64,000 nt of DNA, taken from sequence record SRR20825006_1225, one strand, 5' to 3'. Both the position numbers and the translations under genes were made by a program. Below, piece after piece: positions 58,767 through 64,000 of the stretch; within the stretch, counting starts at the first letter, position 1; every line of letters begins with the position of its first letter. A model generated the notes under the pieces. The model saw only the letters and a list, made by a program, of their open reading frames with translations, had not been told where the DNA came from and did not search any database.

Positions 58767-59441
58767 ATGAAAAAATCGATTTATACATTATCAATAGTGG
58801 CATTATTTGCTCTGCTAATTTCTACAGGTTGCGATAGTATTAGCAAAACAGCCAAAGGCACAGCGATTGGAGCCGGAGCTGGTGCATTAGCAGGCGCAGT
58901 TATTGGTAAAATTGCTGGGAATACTACTACGGGAGCTATAGTTGGTGCCGCTGTAGGTGGTGCTTCTGGTGCTGCTATTGGCAATTACATGGACAGACAG
59001 TCTCGAGAACTTGAAAATGATATTGAAGGCGCAAAAATAGAGCGTGTTGGCGAAGGTATTAAAATTACTTTTGACTCAGGAATCCTTTTTGATGTGAACT
59101 CATCTCAGCTTAAAGCTCCTTCAAAAGAAGAGATTGCAAAATTAGCTAAAATTCTTCAAAAGTACGAAGATACTAACGTAATGTTTGCTGGCTACACTGA
59201 CAACACGGGTAGAGAAGAATACAACCAACAGCTCTCTGAGAAACGAGCAAAATCAGTTGCTGAGTACGCTTCTTTTGTTGGTGTAGATGCATCTAGAATG
59301 ACAATTACAGGCTATGGTGAAAGTGATCCTGTTGCAGATAACTCAACGGTAGAAGGCCGATCACAAAATCGTCGTGTTGAGATAGCAATCTGGGCGAACG
59401 AAAAGCTTAAAAAAGCTGCCGAAAAAGGCGAAATAGAATAA
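58767..59441 (+). CDS. OmpA-family lipoprotein with glycine zipper
   Basis: Lipobox 'STGC'; GxxxG repeats; 'GYTDNTG...NQQLSEKRA', 'NRRVEI'. Confidence 0.92.
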   Translation: MKKSIYTLSIVALFALLISTGCDSISKTAKGTAIGAGAGALAGAVIGKIAGNTTTGAIVGAAVGGASGAAIGNYMDRQSRELENDIEGAKIERVGEGIKITFDSGILFDVNSSQLKAPSKEEIAKLAKILQKYEDTNVMFAGYTDNTGREEYNQQLSEKRAKSVAEYASFVGVDASRMTITGYGESDPVADNSTVEGRSQNRRVEIAIWANEKLKKAAEKGEIE

Positions 59442-59458
59442 TACCCTTACTTTTTTTT

Positions 59459-59484
59459 AAAATCCCCGTTACGCGGGGATTTTT
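59459..59484 (+). terminator. Intrinsic terminator of the ompA-like gene
   Basis: AAAATCCCCG-ttacg-CGGGGATTTTT. Confidence 0.85.
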
Positions 59485-59529
59485 ATATATTCATTCCATT
59501 GTATTTCAAGCCGAACCAAATATAAACGA

Positions 59530-60630
59530 ATGAATCCCCTTTCTAAGCTTTCCAAACCAAGATTCTCGCCTACTCGATTTAAAAAAACAAGGTCCTCAAA
59601 AAAACCTGGTAGCGCACCTGGAACCATTGCTCATGTTGGTAATAAAGTTCTTAATGATATTATTATTAATATCCATGACTACGACTTATCACATCTTACA
59701 GTAAAGAAGATTGATTCTATTGAAGAATGTAAACCTTTTGTAGATACAGAAGCTGTTACTTGGGTTCAGGTAATGGGATTACACGACACTGATACATTAA
59801 AAAAGCTTTATGACGAATTTGAGTTTCACCCTCTAGTTCAGGAAGATATTGTAAACACGAACCAACGTCCTAAAATTGAAATTTATGGCGACCAGATGTT
59901 CATCGTGTTAAAGATGATTAGAATTGAAAATAACAGAATTGAACACGAGCAAGTAAGCCTCCTATTAAGCAAGAATTTCGTCTTTTCATTCCAAGAGTCA
60001 GACAATCCATTCTTCGATGCTATTAAAGTTCGTTTAGACATGGAACAAACTAGACTTCGTAGAGGTGGCACTGATTACACAGCCTATGCGCTAATGGATA
60101 CCATCGTGGATTATTACTTTACTGTACTTGAAGAGCTTAGTATTCAAATTGACGAAATTGAAGACGAATTAATGTTAGATGTTGAGCAAGAGCACCTTAA
60201 AAGCATTCACAATTTACGTAGAGAGTTAATTCGAATTAGAAAATCTATATGGCCATTACGAGACAGCCTTAACTCTTTGTTGCGCGATGATTACCCTCTT
60301 ATTAAAGACGAGACTAAGCTCTATATAAGAGATGTTTACGATCACCTTGTGCAAGCCATTGATAACGTTGATAATTTTAGAGAAATGGTTTCAAGTCTAC
60401 ACGACATGTATATGACTAATATTAGTAATAAGATGAACGAGGTAATGAAGGTCTTAACCATTATTGCTACCATCTTTATACCACTAACCTTTATTGCGGG
60501 GGTATATGGAATGAATTTTAATAATATGCCTGAACTAACTTGGGAGTGGAGCTATCCTATAGTTTGGTTAGTGATGTTAATCGTTACAGCATTAATGATT
60601 TACTATTTCCGAAAAAAGAAATGGTTCTAA
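59530..60630 (+). CDS. corA: Magnesium/cobalt transporter CorA
   Basis: 'HPLVQEDI...QRPKIE', 'YGMNF..MPEL', two C-terminal TM helices. Confidence 0.95.
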   Translation: MNPLSKLSKPRFSPTRFKKTRSSKKPGSAPGTIAHVGNKVLNDIIINIHDYDLSHLTVKKIDSIEECKPFVDTEAVTWVQVMGLHDTDTLKKLYDEFEFHPLVQEDIVNTNQRPKIEIYGDQMFIVLKMIRIENNRIEHEQVSLLLSKNFVFSFQESDNPFFDAIKVRLDMEQTRLRRGGTDYTAYALMDTIVDYYFTVLEELSIQIDEIEDELMLDVEQEHLKSIHNLRRELIRIRKSIWPLRDSLNSLLRDDYPLIKDETKLYIRDVYDHLVQAIDNVDNFREMVSSLHDMYMTNISNKMNEVMKVLTIIATIFIPLTFIAGVYGMNFNNMPELTWEWSYPIVWLVMLIVTALMIYYFRKKKWF

Positions 60631-60665
60631 AAAAAGAGCCATAAATCTTTCAAATTTATGGCTCT
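60629..60665 (-). terminator. Intrinsic terminator of the FadL-like operon
   Basis: AGAGCCATAAAT-ctttcaa-ATTTATGGCTCT preceded by an A-run (U-tract on minus strand). Confidence 0.85.
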
Positions 60666-60703
60666 AACTAACTACGGAGGTATTTGGGTATTTTCGGATA
60701 GAA

Positions 60704-62236
60704 TTAAAACAAAAATCTTATACCAGCTACTATATTAAGAGACTCGAAGTCTTGGTTCACATATGAGTTTACCAAGTTACCTGAAGTAACATCCGAGTAA
60801 CTATATAACACTGAACGGTCCGTCCAAGTTGAATATTGCCCGGAAATATCAAAGTTTATTGAATTAGTTAAAGGGAGGGATAAACCTACTGAAAACACAT
60901 TTTGTTCAACTTTATATGTTTTACTTTTTGCTGGATATAATGCATACCCCCCTTTGATCTCAGTTCTGTTATTTAGCTTATAAGCTGCGCCAATTTTAAG
61001 ATTAGCTACCGAATTGTAATCTTGCTTAATTTCGGCATTAATTTCTTGCTCATTTTGCAATAACGATGCCTTCTCGCTTGGATCTGAAATTTCAGTCTCT
61101 AATAAACTCAGTTTGATGTTTCTATAATCAATAAGCTCTGCTGATCCAGAAATACTGAAACCTGCAATATCTAATATTGATCCCCCAATATTAAATTGGG
61201 CTGGGCGAGTAATAGCGTATTCAAATTCACCAAAAAAATCGTAGGTATCTGTTGCAGTTCCGTCATCAAAATCAGACTTAATTCCAGAAGAATAACTCTC
61301 TATAATAACAAGTTTGCTAGGCAGAGTTAAACTTGCGCCAACTCTAGCTTTCTCTCCCAAAGTATAAGCCAGACCAGTACGAATTGTAACTCCCACAATA
61401 TCCGAATCGATATCATCAGCTAAAGTTATGCGTTCAATGTCTGTTCCACCGTTGCCATTTCCATCGGCTCCTATAAAATCTCCGTCATAATCATTAAACT
61501 CGTCAAACTCCTGAAAATTTCTAGAATAACTCGATGAACCAGATGTTAGGCCAATAGAGATGCCTGCGTATAAGTTCTTCTTAAACTCTGTTGCCGTGAA
61601 AAAACTGAACTCACCCATTCTTCTTTTGTTATTAACATCCACAAATTGCGTTATTCCTGGATATTGACTTGGCGTAAACCCAAGTCTGAAAATCGATTCA
61701 TAATAGGTCTCTTCAACATCTCCAAATTCTATGGCGTAGGCATCGTAAGCAATACCATTATAACTGCTTGATGGATCCACAAACATATCTGTAACTGTAC
61801 TCGACGAATTTCTTCCGTTTATAAAGGCTTTATTGTCATAAACTTCTTTCAGATCATAACCAGCCCCAATTACTAAGCTACCTTGAGAAGTTGGGATCTT
61901 ATAGAGCATCCCAATATTGCCAAAGTCCGTATTCCCAAAGCTACTCGATGCACTACTATTTAAATACGAGCTAGTTTGGTTTTGATTAGAATAAAACCAT
62001 GCAATACTTACACTGTTTTCTTTAGCCAAGGCCATTACTGCTGGGTTATCAATCAAGCTACCAAAACCATTATATGAAGAAACGGATGGCACTACCATTG
62101 AGGCCGCATCACCATTTGAAGAATTTGAGCTAAACTGGAGTCCTAAGCTTTTATATGAAATCGGAGATTCTCCATTTTGCGCACTTAGATTGAATGCTAG
62201 AAATAGTCCTAGCATTAAGAGTATTGTTCTCTTCAT
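60704..62236 (-). CDS. OmpP1/FadL-like outer-membrane beta-barrel protein
   Basis: Signal peptide; 'DNPAVM' (NPA hatch motif); amphipathic strands; terminal 'AGIRFLF'. Confidence 0.75.
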   Translation of the reverse strand: MKRTILLMLGLFLAFNLSAQNGESPISYKSLGLQFSSNSSNGDAASMVVPSVSSYNGFGSLIDNPAVMALAKENSVSIAWFYSNQNQTSSYLNSSASSSFGNTDFGNIGMLYKIPTSQGSLVIGAGYDLKEVYDNKAFINGRNSSSTVTDMFVDPSSSYNGIAYDAYAIEFGDVEETYYESIFRLGFTPSQYPGITQFVDVNNKRRMGEFSFFTATEFKKNLYAGISIGLTSGSSSYSRNFQEFDEFNDYDGDFIGADGNGNGGTDIERITLADDIDSDIVGVTIRTGLAYTLGEKARVGASLTLPSKLVIIESYSSGIKSDFDDGTATDTYDFFGEFEYAITRPAQFNIGGSILDIAGFSISGSAELIDYRNIKLSLLETEISDPSEKASLLQNEQEINAEIKQDYNSVANLKIGAAYKLNNRTEIKGGYALYPAKSKTYKVEQNVFSVGLSLPLTNSINFDISGQYSTWTDRSVLYSYSDVTSGNLVNSYVNQDFESLNIVAGIRFLF

Positions 62237-62267
62237 GATATTATAAATTACTTAGTCGTGAATTGCC

Positions 62268-63467
62268 TTAGTTCCGTTTTTTTGTAGAACTACTTTTCTT
62301 TTTAGATGTAGGTGATGAGCTGCTTCTTTTTACAGTTGACCTACTAGTGGAACTAGGTGTAGAACTTCTTTTTACAGTGCTTCTTGTTGTACCTGACCGT
62401 TTGGTACTGGTACTTTTAGTAGTCGATCTAGTTGGAGAAGTAGTCGTTCTTGTAACAGGGGTACTTCTTCTAGTTGTAGTGGTACGTGTTGTTGTACCAC
62501 TACTTCTATTCGTATTCGTTCTTGAAACAGTTCCTGAAGATCTCTTTGAAGAATTATCGGTATTTACCTTTGTTCCAGTTCTACCTGTAGAACGTTTTGT
62601 TGAACTACTAGAACTTGAGCTTGAACGAGATTTACCAACAGTGCTACTTCCAGAACTTCTACCAGTGGTAGTACTTCTTGTTGTAGTACTTGTTCGAGTC
62701 CTAGTTACATTTGAAGTTCCTGTTGTTCTGCTACCTTTGCTATAAGTACTAGAACCAGAATCGTTTCTACTACGTAGTGTTGAACTATTTGCTCTGTTCC
62801 TTGTATTATTGGCATTTGTCAAACCATTACTTCTTACACGATAATCTCTCTTTTTAGTATACCTGCTTGTATAATTACCGTGATAATTATTAATTATAAA
62901 ATAATTGCCGTAGTAACCGTAATAGCCATAGTTATCATAATATGGGTTATACCAAGGTGTGCTCCAATAAAATGGGTCTGTAACTGCGTGGTAGCTGAAA
63001 TTAGCAAAACTAAACTCAAACATATTTCTAAGCTGATAATGTCTTGAGTAAGCAAAGGCTGAAAAGTGATGTCTCCTTGGGTGATAATTTAAATATCGAT
63101 ATGAATAATACTTGGATGTATAGTCATCTCTTGCATCGTCATAACCGTCATCATAACCCGACCAATAAACATCAGTTAGGTTATTTTCGGAATACCATTG
63201 CTCTTTTTCGTAGTCTTTGTAGTATAAATCTAAATTTTCGTAAACCTCTTCTTCTTCAACAGGGATATATTCTTTAGCCGTTTGTTCTCGTTCGTACCAG
63301 TTATCCCCCTCTTGTGCAGATTCGTTATCATTCCAGGCGTAATATTCTGATTGACGATTATATCCATCTCTGCCATCTAGAACGTCTAAGCTTTGTAACT
63401 GGGTATAGCAACCGCTCATAAAAAAACTAACAGCTAATAATGGTAAAATAGTTCTAAAGCTTTTCAT
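62268..63467 (-). CDS. Lipoprotein with Tyr-rich core and long Ser/Thr/Arg low-complexity tail
   Basis: Lipobox 'MSGC-YT'; acidic/Tyr-rich segment; final ~190 aa dominated by S/T/R/K. Confidence 0.8.
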   Translation of the reverse strand: MKSFRTILPLLAVSFFMSGCYTQLQSLDVLDGRDGYNRQSEYYAWNDNESAQEGDNWYEREQTAKEYIPVEEEEVYENLDLYYKDYEKEQWYSENNLTDVYWSGYDDGYDDARDDYTSKYYSYRYLNYHPRRHHFSAFAYSRHYQLRNMFEFSFANFSYHAVTDPFYWSTPWYNPYYDNYGYYGYYGNYFIINNYHGNYTSRYTKKRDYRVRSNGLTNANNTRNRANSSTLRSRNDSGSSTYSKGSRTTGTSNVTRTRTSTTTRSTTTGRSSGSSTVGKSRSSSSSSSSTKRSTGRTGTKVNTDNSSKRSSGTVSRTNTNRSSGTTTRTTTTRRSTPVTRTTTSPTRSTTKSTSTKRSGTTRSTVKRSSTPSSTSRSTVKRSSSSPTSKKKSSSTKKRN

Positions 63468-63555
63468 AGCAGGGTCTCCTTATTGGAGGTTAATCTTCAC
63501 TTTGAAATTGAACAATTCAAGTCGGTTTATCTATCACATGATAATGTTAGCAATC

Positions 63556-64000
63556 TTAAATCTCTCCACGTAGTGATTTAGCAATTACTTCCGCTTTTGA
63601 GTTGACATGAAGTTTTTTATAGATATTTCGGATATGCGCTCGAACCGTATCAATAGAAATATCAAACCTGTCGGCAATCATCTTATAACTCAGCCCGTCA
63701 ACTAAACCATTAACAATATCTTGTTCCCTAGAAGTTAGCATGCTATCTGGGTTTTTCTTTGGCTTCTGGTCGTTAAAGTGTGTAATTACTTTTCTTGCAA
63801 TTTGTGGTGACATCGGGGCACCACCTTTTAAAAGCATTTCAATGGCTTCTTTAATTTCAGGAAGTGAAGTATGCTTCAATAGATAACCAGAAGCGCCTGC
63901 TTTTAGCGAATCGAAAATTTTGTGCGAGTCGTGATAAATGGTGAGCATGATTATATCTACATCAGGATACTTTTCCTTGATTACTTCCATTCCTTTTATG
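63556..64000 (-). CDS. NarL/LuxR-family response regulator (N-terminus beyond window edge)
   Basis: 'IIMLT...AGASGYLLK' receiver end; HTH 'LTSREQDI...GLSYKMIA...TVRAHIRNIYKKLHV'. Confidence 0.92.
   Translation of the reverse strand, partial: IKGMEVIKEKYPDVDIIMLTIYHDSHKIFDSLKAGASGYLLKHTSLPEIKEAIEMLLKGGAPMSPQIARKVITHFNDQKPKKNPDSMLTSREQDIVNGLVDGLSYKMIADRFDISIDTVRAHIRNIYKKLHVNSKAEVIAKSLRGEI

Noticed and set aside
62347-62745. 132-aa Val/Leu-rich ORF on the + strand
   Set aside because: Antisense mirror of the Ser/Thr/Arg codons of the lipoprotein tail.
1-64000. CRISPR array, tRNA, rRNA or known riboswitch
   Set aside because: No regularly spaced repeats or recognisable RNA-gene signatures found by eye; an Infernal/tRNAscan run would be decisive.

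Overview
AT-rich, gene-dense bacterial chromosome segment, most likely from a Balneolaceae-like member of the FCB group. This is an inference from the NYPNPFNP-type secretion tails, abundant lipoproteins, a TonB-dependent receptor and Bacteroidota-like promoter motifs. The backbone is housekeeping: citrate synthase, leuS, purD/purK/purE, tpiA, gatB, pckA, prfA, grpE-dnaJ, corA, mazG, maf and aguB-aguA. No rRNA, tRNA, CRISPR array, IS element or prophage was recognised. The most unusual part is a 7.4-kb cassette divergent from leuS (18517-25938) built from two paralogous families in A-B-A-B-B order. Family A proteins are exported PEGA-like/DUF5683-like membrane-hairpin proteins; family B proteins are Fn3(+beta-propeller) lipoproteins sharing a conserved N-terminal peptide. 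It is a candidate lipoprotein surface-display or anchoring system. Other highlights: a coupled luxE-luxC-like pair without luciferase, a LacI-type palindrome shared by citrate synthase, pckA and a TonB receptor/GDSL esterase locus, a sigma54-type promoter before grpE-dnaJ, an orphan terminated non-coding region (sRNA candidate) and a secreted metallohydrolase-like gene between purK and purE.
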